A stretch of 64,000 nucleotides of DNA from Promethearchaeota archaeon. Lineage in GTDB: Archaea > Asgardarchaeota > Lokiarchaeia > Sigyniarchaeales > SOKP01. Position numbers and translations under genes: made by a program. The notes beneath the pieces were generated by a model. That model saw only the letters and a list, made by a program, of their open reading frames with translations, had not been told where the DNA came from and did not search any database. Location of the stretch: contig JBHLOC010000007.1 of the NCBI GenBank assembly GCA_048940925.1, positions 32,001 to 96,000 of the forward strand, in the 5' to 3' direction. Below, in pieces: positions 30,857 through 40,600 of this stretch; position 1 is the first letter of the stretch, and the number at the start of each line of letters is the position of its first letter.

Positions 30857-31840
30857 TTAAGAATAAACTTTTTTAATAATACTTAAAAAATAATCATTCT
30901 CTTTTTTAGAACCTATAGTAACTCGTATATAATCTGATCCCAATTGAGCAGAAGCATTATGTACTAAAATTCCTTTTTCTGTTAGAATTTGTGAAATATT
31001 AGGTATTTTCATTTTTAATAACAAGAAATTAGTATAACTTGGAAAAACATTAATGTTAAATTCTGATAGATACTTGCTAATTCTCTCTTTTTCGTTTTGA
31101 ATTTCATCAACATAATCTGTCATATATCCTGGATTTCTCAAAGCGTTTATTCCTGCTATAACACTGGGATAAGGAAGCATTATTTCTAACCCCTGAAATT
31201 TTCTACGAATTATATCTCCTGCTATTAAATAACCTATTCCTGAACCTGCCAAACCAAATGATTTACTCAATGTTCTTACTATAGCAAGATTAGGGTATTT
31301 TTCAATTAAGTGAATAAAACTAATATTTGAGAATTCGAAATAGGCTTCATCAATTAGGAGAATTACATTATCAATTTTTGATATACTTTCAATGTCCTTT
31401 TGATTTATTATTAAATTCCCCGTTGGATTATTTGGATTATCAAAGACTAGTAAAGAAGGTTTATCAAGTTCTTTAAGCAGGGGATCTATAGATATTTTGA
31501 AATCTGGCTCTTGTAGTCGGATCTTGATAAGTGAACTACCCGTATTTTGAGCAGCATTATTTATTATTATAAAAGTTGGGTCTGAAATTATTATTTGTCG
31601 ATTACTGGAAAAAAGGAAAATAAATTCCTTTATTAAAAGGTCTGAACCTGAACTTAAAAAAAATGAATCATTAGGGATATTACAATAGAGAGACAATTCA
31701 TTAATTAAAGTATCTACTTCCTTTTGTGGAGTATAACGATGAATCTTTCTAATACATTTCTTTACAGGATTAGTTACTGTTTTTGGAGGAGACTTATACA
31801 TTTCATTTAAGTTTAGTTTAACATTCATAATTTGAATCAC
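30857..31840 (-). CDS. Class I/II PLP aminotransferase, HisC/CobD-like
   Basis: NPNNPTG, IDEAY.EF, RTLSKSFGLAG, NFLL, RVTIG. Confidence 0.85.
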   Translation of the reverse strand: MIQIMNVKLNLNEMYKSPPKTVTNPVKKCIRKIHRYTPQKEVDTLINELSLYCNIPNDSFFLSSGSDLLIKEFIFLFSSNRQIIISDPTFIIINNAAQNTGSSLIKIRLQEPDFKISIDPLLKELDKPSLLVFDNPNNPTGNLIINQKDIESISKIDNVILLIDEAYFEFSNISFIHLIEKYPNLAIVRTLSKSFGLAGSGIGYLIAGDIIRRKFQGLEIMLPYPSVIAGINALRNPGYMTDYVDEIQNEKERISKYLSEFNINVFPSYTNFLLLKMKIPNISQILTEKGILVHNASAQLGSDYIRVTIGSKKENDYFLSIIKKVYS

Positions 31841-31930
31841 AAACTTGAATTTGTTTTAATTGTAATTTATATTCTTTATTAAAATAAATAACAGAACTTT
31901 AAAAAATAAAATAATTTAATTCACTGCTAA

Positions 31931-33037
31931 CTAACATTCTATTGGAATAATTAATTCTTCCTTATATCCTATTATTACTTTAGTAAATCCCTTAATTAAA
32001 TTATCTACTTCAACATCACCACTGTCTACTCTTAAACAATTCAAATCTCTCATTTTTTCTGCAGTAGCTATGATTGTAATATTATTTTTTCCAATTCTTT
32101 TGAGCACTTCAGGGGTGAATTGCTTGTTTCCCCTTCCGAAAATAAAGCCTTGGCCACCTATGGGTGAAACTATAATTTGCGCATTAGAATATTTATTTAA
32201 TAACTTGAGAATACCTTTTTCATTAAGATCTTCTTCAATCAATTTCTCATTGCTAATTGCATCTATTCCAAGGAGAGTTTTAGATAAATTAAGGTTATCT
32301 GTAATTGTCTTTACTGTTGTTCCCGGTCCTAATAAATATAATATATCTTTTTTCATATTTTCAATGATAAATTCTGCTATTTCTTGCTTATTTTCTTCTA
32401 TTGTCTTTCCGAATCTTGAACCAGTTTTACTTGATTGAAATAATTCTAGGATTTTAGGGACTTTTAGGTATCCATATAATCTTGCTTCTAAAATATCTTT
32501 CCTAACAAGGCTCTCATCAATATCTAACACTTCTTTTTCCTGTGTTTCAACAGCTTCTTCTATGAATTTATCAATTATTTGTGCAGCAGCTCTTGGATTT
32601 AAAGCGAACACAGAACTAAACATTTTAACACCAGCAGGTATTGCAACTACAGGTTTTTCTAAATCAATTGCATCATAAATATCTCTCGCAGTCCCATCTC
32701 CTCCACAGAAAATCAGCAAATCGATATTTTTCTGGAGCATCAATTTTGCAATTTTTTTGGTATCATCTGCTGATGTGTCACTACCAATTTTTCCTATTAT
32801 TTCAAACTTAAATTGTGTTCCCTTGATACTCTCAGCACCCATTTTACCTGGTGGTACTAACAAAAAAATTTCATTTTTATTACTAATATGAGATAGTAGC
32901 TCATTTACTCTTTTTGAAGCTATAGGAGTGGCACCCATTTTTAATGCTTCTTTATATATATCTCCATCTGTGCCTTTAAGACCTACACTACCACCCATTC
33001 CGGCAATGGGATTAATAATCAATCCAATCTTTTTCAT
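31931..33037 (-). CDS. ATP-NAD kinase family protein
   Basis: INPIAGMGG.VGLKGTDG, GGDGTARD, PAGVKM.S, GGQGFIFGRGN.Q. Confidence 0.88.
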   Translation of the reverse strand: MKKIGLIINPIAGMGGSVGLKGTDGDIYKEALKMGATPIASKRVNELLSHISNKNEIFLLVPPGKMGAESIKGTQFKFEIIGKIGSDTSADDTKKIAKLMLQKNIDLLIFCGGDGTARDIYDAIDLEKPVVAIPAGVKMFSSVFALNPRAAAQIIDKFIEEAVETQEKEVLDIDESLVRKDILEARLYGYLKVPKILELFQSSKTGSRFGKTIEENKQEIAEFIIENMKKDILYLLGPGTTVKTITDNLNLSKTLLGIDAISNEKLIEEDLNEKGILKLLNKYSNAQIIVSPIGGQGFIFGRGNKQFTPEVLKRIGKNNITIIATAEKMRDLNCLRVDSGDVEVDNLIKGFTKVIIGYKEELIIPIEC

Positions 33038-33070
33038 TATTTTTGGAAATTGTAATTAAAATAAAAAAAT

Positions 33071-34864
33071 CTAGTTTTTAGTCGGTGGGATTTCAAGTAT
33101 AATTTCGGTTTTTTTCTTAACTCTTCGCTTCCAACTATCAGGGTTATACCCCTCTTTAGCAAGATAATTCATTACAGTATTTACTTTAGGATTGATGCGA
33201 ACGTCAATTACTGATGGTAAACCTGAATCAAAAGCTCGTTGTAAAGCAGGGCGAATCTCATTCGGATCTGTAACTAGTTCACCATGACATTTAAAAGCTT
33301 TAGCATATTTGTCATAACGTGTTTCACTGCTTAATGAAGATCCTAAACCGAAGAATTTCTTACCATGAGACATTTTCTGACCTCGAGCAACCATACCCCA
33401 TAGTTGATCGTTACTAATCACAACAACAATGGGCAAATTAAATCTACGGGCAGTTTCAATTTCTTTTCCATTAAATAAAAATGATCCATCACCAGTTAAA
33501 ACAAGTACCTTTTTATTAGGATATACATATTTATTAGCAATAGCCATTGGTACACCACCACCAAGATGTTGGATACCTAATCCGCCAGAAAAATATAGAG
33601 ATTTAGGTTGTTTAGCCCTCAAGTAGGTAATACCCCAAATCGTCGTATCACCTCCATCCAAAATAACAACTCCATCTTTAGGTATAAAATCTCGAATTTC
33701 TTTAACAAGACGCTGTGGTTGGATGGGAACTTTGTCAGAAGATCCTTCTTTCTCAAGACGTTCTTCAAATTTCAATAAATATTCTTGAACTGTTTTAACC
33801 CATTGAGTTTCAGATCTAGGGTTTTTCAATTTATCCTCTGCTATTTTAATAAATTGGGTAAGAACACCTTTGACATCTCCCACAATGGGAATATCAATAG
33901 CTCTATTTCTCCCAATTTCTTCAGCTTTAATATCAACTTGAATAAGTTTTGCTTCATCAGAAAAATATGGCATATACCCATAATTCATTAATTCAGTTAT
34001 TCTCGATCCTAAAATTAAAGCTATATCAACTTTTTGGAGTAATGCTGTTCCTGGACCATCTAAAGGACTTGCGGGTCCAAAAAATAATGGATGATCGGTC
34101 GGAAACTCACCCAATCCAAATCCCCACAATCCTACAGGTATTTGTGTCAATTCAGCAAATTTTAGCAATTCTAAAGATGCATCGGAAAAAGCACATCCCG
34201 TTCCGGCGATTATTAATGGTTGTTTAGCTTTTAGAAGTAAATCAAGCGCGTTAGATATTAAATTTTCATTTCCGTAAGGACCGTTAAATGCTCTTAATTT
34301 CTGTACTGGTTTAAAAGCTTGTTGTATGATATCTAACTCATCATCACATTCTTTTATCATCACATCAAATGGGATAAGTAAAAGAACAGGTCCAGGGCGA
34401 CCAGTTGTAGCAATTCTAAACGCCATATTAATATATTCAGGGATTCTAGCTGTTTCATAACAATATCCGCTCCATTTTGTCACAGGACGGAAGGAAGGGA
34501 TTACGTCAATTTCATTTTGTGCTAATTTTTCAAAATCCATAAGGGGAGTACTTGAACAAATAGCTATTAATGGAATGCTTGCATCATAAGCTATAGGAAT
34601 TGATGGAAACAAATCTGTTATTCCAGGTCCAGATTGAACTGAGCATACACCTACTTCTCCTGTAGCAAGAAAATAACCCATTGCTGCATGCCCAGTGGCT
34701 TGTTCATGCCGAAAATCTATAATATCAATCCCTTGTTCAGTACAGGAAGAATCTTGACAATAATGATAGATCATTCTATTATCCCCACAAAGAGTAAATA
34801 AAACTCTAACTCCCTGATTATCTAAAGTGCGAACTATTAATTGAGCTCCGTTAACTTTTGTCAT
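33071..34864 (-). CDS. Thiamine pyrophosphate-binding protein (acetolactate synthase/2-hydroxyacyl-CoA lyase-like)
   Basis: RHEQ, GPG, GRPGPV, GDGSF...N TPP motif. Confidence 0.9.
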   Translation of the reverse strand: MTKVNGAQLIVRTLDNQGVRVLFTLCGDNRMIYHYCQDSSCTEQGIDIIDFRHEQATGHAAMGYFLATGEVGVCSVQSGPGITDLFPSIPIAYDASIPLIAICSSTPLMDFEKLAQNEIDVIPSFRPVTKWSGYCYETARIPEYINMAFRIATTGRPGPVLLLIPFDVMIKECDDELDIIQQAFKPVQKLRAFNGPYGNENLISNALDLLLKAKQPLIIAGTGCAFSDASLELLKFAELTQIPVGLWGFGLGEFPTDHPLFFGPASPLDGPGTALLQKVDIALILGSRITELMNYGYMPYFSDEAKLIQVDIKAEEIGRNRAIDIPIVGDVKGVLTQFIKIAEDKLKNPRSETQWVKTVQEYLLKFEERLEKEGSSDKVPIQPQRLVKEIRDFIPKDGVVILDGGDTTIWGITYLRAKQPKSLYFSGGLGIQHLGGGVPMAIANKYVYPNKKVLVLTGDGSFLFNGKEIETARRFNLPIVVVISNDQLWGMVARGQKMSHGKKFFGLGSSLSSETRYDKYAKAFKCHGELVTDPNEIRPALQRAFDSGLPSVIDVRINPKVNTVMNYLAKEGYNPDSWKRRVKKKTEIILEIPPTKN

Positions 34865-35012
34865 TTATTTAACCTTCATAAATAAATTTTTCGTTAAAGT
34901 ACAATATTGATTTAGATATTCTTTATTTTATAATCTTCCTTTTATCTTCTGATAATTTTAGAATATAAAATTTAAATTTTCTTTCCAAATGCATAAGAAA
35001 TTGTTTAGGTTG

Positions 35013-35864
35013 CTAAGTTTTACCTAATCTTTTTCTTGCCTTTTTATAACTCTTATCTGACCAAATTCTAATGAGTTTAGGAAAATATCGATTTAATTTC
35101 CATATCAATTTAGCCTCTCCAGGTAAAATGTTAAATTTGGTTTTTAAAATACTATGTATAAAGACTTCAGCAATATCTTCGGGTGTTTCAAGACCTCCTC
35201 TTTCTTCCATTAATCTACATTCCTCCGGTTTGGTTTTGTTCTCTCTTTCAAACCCAGGTGTATCCATAGCAGGAGGATATAGAATTGATACCTTAATATT
35301 ATAAGGTTTTAGCTCATTACGTAATGTTTCTGATAAACCTACTACCGCATATTTAGATGGAACATAAGTTGCAAATCCCATTAATCCCATATATCCTAAC
35401 ATAGAAGCAACATTTGCGATATATCCCTTCTTTTCTTTCATAAAATAAGGTAATAAAATTAAGATTGGGACTAACTGACCATAATAATTCACTTCCATGT
35501 TCATTTTAAAATCCTCAAGAGATAAATTTTCAATGTAATCAGCAAAAGCATACCCAACACAGTTGAATAAATAATCGGGAATTCCATGTTTCTCTAAAAA
35601 TTCAGTCAAAAGTGGGTTTAATTTATCAATAATTGTGGTATCACAGGTAATAATCTCTATAAATTGTGAATCAACCTGTTTTACTTCCTCAATCTCATTA
35701 GCTGCTTCTTTTAAAATTTCTGTTCTTCTCGCAATAATGCAAACACTTCCCCCTAGTTCAACAAAGTATTTTGCTGTAGCTTTTCCTAATCCCTGAGATC
35801 CACCTGTGATAATAGCAATCTTGTTTTTAAATGGTTGTTTTTTGATTAATTTCTCTTTTTTCAT
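35013..35864 (-). CDS. SDR oxidoreductase, 3-ketodihydrosphingosine reductase (KDSR)-like
   Basis: ITGGSQGLG, VNY.G, Y.PSKYA..GL.E.LR.E, YPP..DTPGF..ENKTKP. Confidence 0.8.
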   Translation of the reverse strand: MKKEKLIKKQPFKNKIAIITGGSQGLGKATAKYFVELGGSVCIIARRTEILKEAANEIEEVKQVDSQFIEIITCDTTIIDKLNPLLTEFLEKHGIPDYLFNCVGYAFADYIENLSLEDFKMNMEVNYYGQLVPILILLPYFMKEKKGYIANVASMLGYMGLMGFATYVPSKYAVVGLSETLRNELKPYNIKVSILYPPAMDTPGFERENKTKPEECRLMEERGGLETPEDIAEVFIHSILKTKFNILPGEAKLIWKLNRYFPKLIRIWSDKSYKKARKRLGKT

Positions 35865-35916
35865 ATAATATCACTTAATTATGTTATTATTTTAATGGAA
35901 TTAATTTCCTCAAATT

Positions 35917-36312
35917 TTAAATATTTATCAAACCATAAATCATGAAAATTGGTCCAAAAATAATACAAAACAAATTAACTGCTAGATTTAAAATAATATC
36001 CCATTTTTCACCTGTATATCCCCCATATTGTAAGTTATGTGAAATATCAAGCAATCCTAAGAAGATCAATGCACTTCCCCCTGCAATTGAGAAGATAAAT
36101 CCAAACATTTGGTTCATAATAAGACCAATTGCTCCAAAGATTAAACAAGGTGCCGCCCATCCCAAATCTGGAAGAGGGAATGATCGTTCATATTCAAGAT
36201 ATCCTTCTCTTTGATTAGGTTTCTTATTTTCTACTAAAAAAAAATAGATCCAAAAACCAATAATACCTAATGTGATAAAAATTTCTAATCCGGCGATGAT
36301 TAAATTCATCAT
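35917..36312 (-). CDS. Hypothetical 4-TM membrane protein
   Basis: Hydrophobic; YERSFPLPD motif. Confidence 0.7.
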   Translation of the reverse strand: MMNLIIAGLEIFITLGIIGFWIYFFLVENKKPNQREGYLEYERSFPLPDLGWAAPCLIFGAIGLIMNQMFGFIFSIAGGSALIFLGLLDISHNLQYGGYTGEKWDIILNLAVNLFCIIFGPIFMIYGLINI

Positions 36313-36407
36313 TTTAAATTCAATCTAATTATTTTTTATATTAATTTTAGTTAAACACTTATCTTAATTAAAACTTTAATTTAAAATGAATGCAATATAA
36401 ATAAATG

Positions 36408-37223
36408 TTAAACATCTGATTTAATATAAAATGCTGGAACTCCAACTTCAGCTATTCCCCCATCAATAGGGAAATTATGGCCAGTAATAAAATCTGATAA
36501 ATGAGATGCTAGAAATAAGACAACATTTGCTACATCCTCAACTTTTCCTAATCTATTTAAAGGAGTTTTTACGTGTCCATCTTCCATAATCATTTTAACA
36601 ACATCTTCTCTATTATCATAAATGCCAGTTATATGATATCCCGGAGATATCGAATTAACAGTAATTTTTGGAGCAAGACTTTGAGCTAACATCTGAACCA
36701 TAGCAATGATTCCAACTTTACTAATTGAGTAGATGGGAGTTTTATTATCGACTTTCATTCCTGCTATTGAGGCCGTGTGAATAATCTTACCAATTAATGG
36801 TGTAAAAGTTTGTTTTTTCATTCTTTTACTCACAAATTTAGAAACTAACCATTGACCCTTTAAATTAATATCCAATATTCTATCCCAGTCTTTTTCTTTT
36901 GTTCGCAAAATGTCTGCTCCATATGGGTAACCCACGCCTGCATTGTTAAATAATACATAAACATTATCTAATTCTTGAAAAGCTTGTTTTGCCATAGCTT
37001 CTACTTGATCTGATTTTGAAACATCACATATTATGGGAATAGCTTTTTGTCCTGTTTCTTTAGAGATATTTTTACTAGTTTCTTCCAACAATTCTTCATT
37101 GATATCTACTAATGCTATATCTGCCCCTCGTTCAGCAAAATCAAAAGCAACACTTCTTCCAAATCCAGAAGCACCCCCTGTAATAAGAGCCCCCTTCCCT
37201 TCAAGAAATTTTTCGACCATCAC
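36408..37223 (-). CDS. SDR oxidoreductase (FabG-like)
   Basis: ITGGASGFG, NNAG, YSISK, VNSISPG, ITG...IDGG. Confidence 0.92.
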   Translation of the reverse strand: MMVEKFLEGKGALITGGASGFGRSVAFDFAERGADIALVDINEELLEETSKNISKETGQKAIPIICDVSKSDQVEAMAKQAFQELDNVYVLFNNAGVGYPYGADILRTKEKDWDRILDINLKGQWLVSKFVSKRMKKQTFTPLIGKIIHTASIAGMKVDNKTPIYSISKVGIIAMVQMLAQSLAPKITVNSISPGYHITGIYDNREDVVKMIMEDGHVKTPLNRLGKVEDVANVVLFLASHLSDFITGHNFPIDGGIAEVGVPAFYIKSDV

Positions 37224-37661
37224 AAATTCACCATTTATTTAATTTTACTTCTTTTATCATATAAAGTGATTAATATTAAAATTATTATTCCAATAAAGAA
37301 GATTAGAATACTAAAAAATATAAAATTACTTAATCTCTATAATATTCCAATTAGAACGAGACCTATATCATCGAGAAAAAAATAATAAAACCCCAAAACA
37401 TTATAAAATCATCTAATTTCATTTTTTTATAAGTATTTTCCATCTCTCTTCACATTCAATTTATGTTTTGATATTTCTTGTTTAAATAATTAGATCTAAA
37501 AGCGAATTTTTTTATGATAAATATGAAGCTATACCTTCAAAGGAATTGATCAAATTTGATTATCAATTTTGAAAAAAAGTTTAATATCAAAAAAAAAAAT
37601 AATATAACACATACAATAAAAATAATAATTAATTGAACAATTTTCTAAACTCGATATTTCA

Positions 37662-40600
37662 ATGAAGCAAAAAAGAAGAATCTTAACTCTTATAATTTTA
37701 GCTCTTATACTTTTTTCTTTTTCAAATATTCAATTCTTCCTTAAATTTTTTCCAAATTATCATGATAATAATGAAGATGAGATATCTGAATTAAATTCTG
37801 CGAAATATTGGCCAAATTTAAATAGAATACATATAGATGATAGCAATACTTCTTTAAATTGGGCAACCACTGCTGCTAATAATGATTGGTGTAATGGTTC
37901 AGGAACTTGGAGTGATCCTTATATTATCAAAAATGTAATTATAGATGGTCAGGAGAGAGAAAGTTGCATTTTAATTAAAAATTCAAATGTTTTCTTCATA
38001 ATTGAAAATTGTACAGTCTACAATACTGGTGATGAGGGTAAATTTTCTGAAGAACCAGGGATTAAATTAATCAATACTAATAATGGAACTTTTATAAGTA
38101 ATAACTGTTCTCTAAATCATTATGGGATAAGATTATTCAACAGCGATAATAACACTTTTTTAAATAATATGATAACTAAGAATGAATTTAAAGGAATAAC
38201 ACTTGAAGATAGTTCTAATAATACTTTTGCTGGAAATGAGATAAGTAACAATTATCTCGATGGAATAGTTTTGGAATCAAATAGTGATCATAATAATATT
38301 TCTCAGAATAAATTATACAATAACTTTGGAAGCGGACTAAGTTTGATGTCCGGTGATAATAATACAATAAACAATAATGATATTTTTAAGAACAGAGAAT
38401 ATGGCATATTTCTTGAAGCCGGTCGTGAAAATACTATAAAAGAGAATGCAATGAAAAAGTGTGGAATTGGTATTTCTCCATCTGAAGAAATAAATACAAA
38501 TATTATCGATACATCAAATACTGTGAATGGTAAAACTTTTTACATATATTTTAATCAGACAGATTTAGATAATTCTGATTTTTCTTCCCCTAGACTAGCC
38601 GGGCAAATTATACTAATAAAATGTAATGATTCAATAATTTCTAATTTTAATCTTTCTCAAACGTCAATTGGATTAATCTTATATGAATGCCAAAATAATA
38701 CAATATCGAATAACCTTGTTAATAATTGTACCAAATCTGGATTCTATCTGAACTTTTGTAACAATAATACAATATATAACAATTCAGTAAATTATAATTT
38801 TGATGGTATAGAATTATTCGGATGCATTAATACGAGAATTAATAGAAACAACGCAACAAATAATAAATGGAATGGGATAAAATTATCTGAAAATTGTGTT
38901 TTTAATATAATTCATGGGAATAATGCTTCCAATAATATCGAAACGGGAATATATACTGAATATTGTGAAAGTAATAACATCACTAAAAATCTTGTACTTA
39001 ATAATGAAAGAGCAGGAATAAGAATAAAAGCAAGCCACTTTACTTTAATTCAAAACAATACCGCAAATAACAATATCAATACTCGTGTCATTAATTTTGG
39101 TGTTGGAATTCAAATAGGAGAAACAGGTTCTTTTGAACAAAGTAATAACAATACAATTACTGAAAATATAATGAATAATAATAGTTATGTGGGATTGTTT
39201 CTAGATGGAAAAAATAACACAATAACAAAAAACAATTTTACTAATTGTGGTCTAATTTTTGGTTACTATTCAGATATAACTACTATTGATGACTTTAGTT
39301 CCCAAACAATTGATAGATCTAATCTAGTAAACAATAAAATTCTTTACTATTATTTTAATTCTACCCACTTAAGCAATGATAACTTTTCTAATGCGGGACA
39401 AGTGGTCTTGGTCAGATGTAATGATTCCCTAATTTCTAATTTGCAATTAGAACGAGCTAGCCTACCAATATCTTCATACTATTGTGATAACATTACTATT
39501 TCCAATAACAATCTTACAGAAAATACTTTTAGTGGAATTTATTTAATTCAAAATAGTAATTCTAATATCTCAAATAATCAATTAAATACAAATATAAATA
39601 TTTATTTAGAGGTTTCAACTGTGATCACATTTGGATTTGGTATATATTTAGAAGACTGTTATAATTGTAATTTTACATTCAATAATGCTACTAATAATGG
39701 ATATGGAATCTATTTAAAGGATAGCAATAATATTCTCATAAAAAATAACACTTTTTATGATAATAATATCGCAGGGATTAGTATTTTAGCAAATCAACCA
39801 GGAAAATGCGATGATATTAATTTTTCAGCTAATTACATGAGAAATTGTGGTGTATATATTTATGAATCCCCATACTTACAAAACTCTAAATTATATATTG
39901 ATAAAACAAATTTAATTAATAATAGACCACTTCATTATTTTTCTAACACTAATAGCTTAAAATCGAGTGATTTTATAAATCCTGGGCAGATTATACTATT
40001 AAATTGTAATAATTCAGAAATTTCAAATCTTAGTTTTTCTAGATGTACAATAGGTATTTCTTTATTTTATTGCCACAATGCATCTGTTTATAACATTAAT
40101 TCCTCAAAAAATTCAATGTATGGATTTGTGTTGGTTCTAAGTAATAATTGTCATCTGTTCAACAATACAGCATCTCAGAATCTTTTTGGAATCTTCAATG
40201 TGTTTTGTTTTAATAATACTTATACGGGAAATACCTTGAAGAATAGTAAATCGATATTTATAGATAATTTATATTTCGGAGGAGGCATTTGTAGTATGTG
40301 GTACAATGATAATCTAAATATTGTCCGAAATACTTTTGAAAACTGCTCTAATGGAATTATGATATATTTAGAAGGACCTGGGATTTTTTTTAATGTCTCT
40401 GATAATTTATTAGATAATAATATTCAGTATGGTATTTGGTTAAAAAATTGCCATAATAGCACATTTACAAAAAACAAAATTCAAAATAATGGAATTGGAA
40501 TATATTTAGACTTCTACTCTGATAATAGTAATAATAGTTTTTTGTACAATAACTTAAATGGGAATGATTTAAATGCCCAAGATAATGGAGATAATAATAA

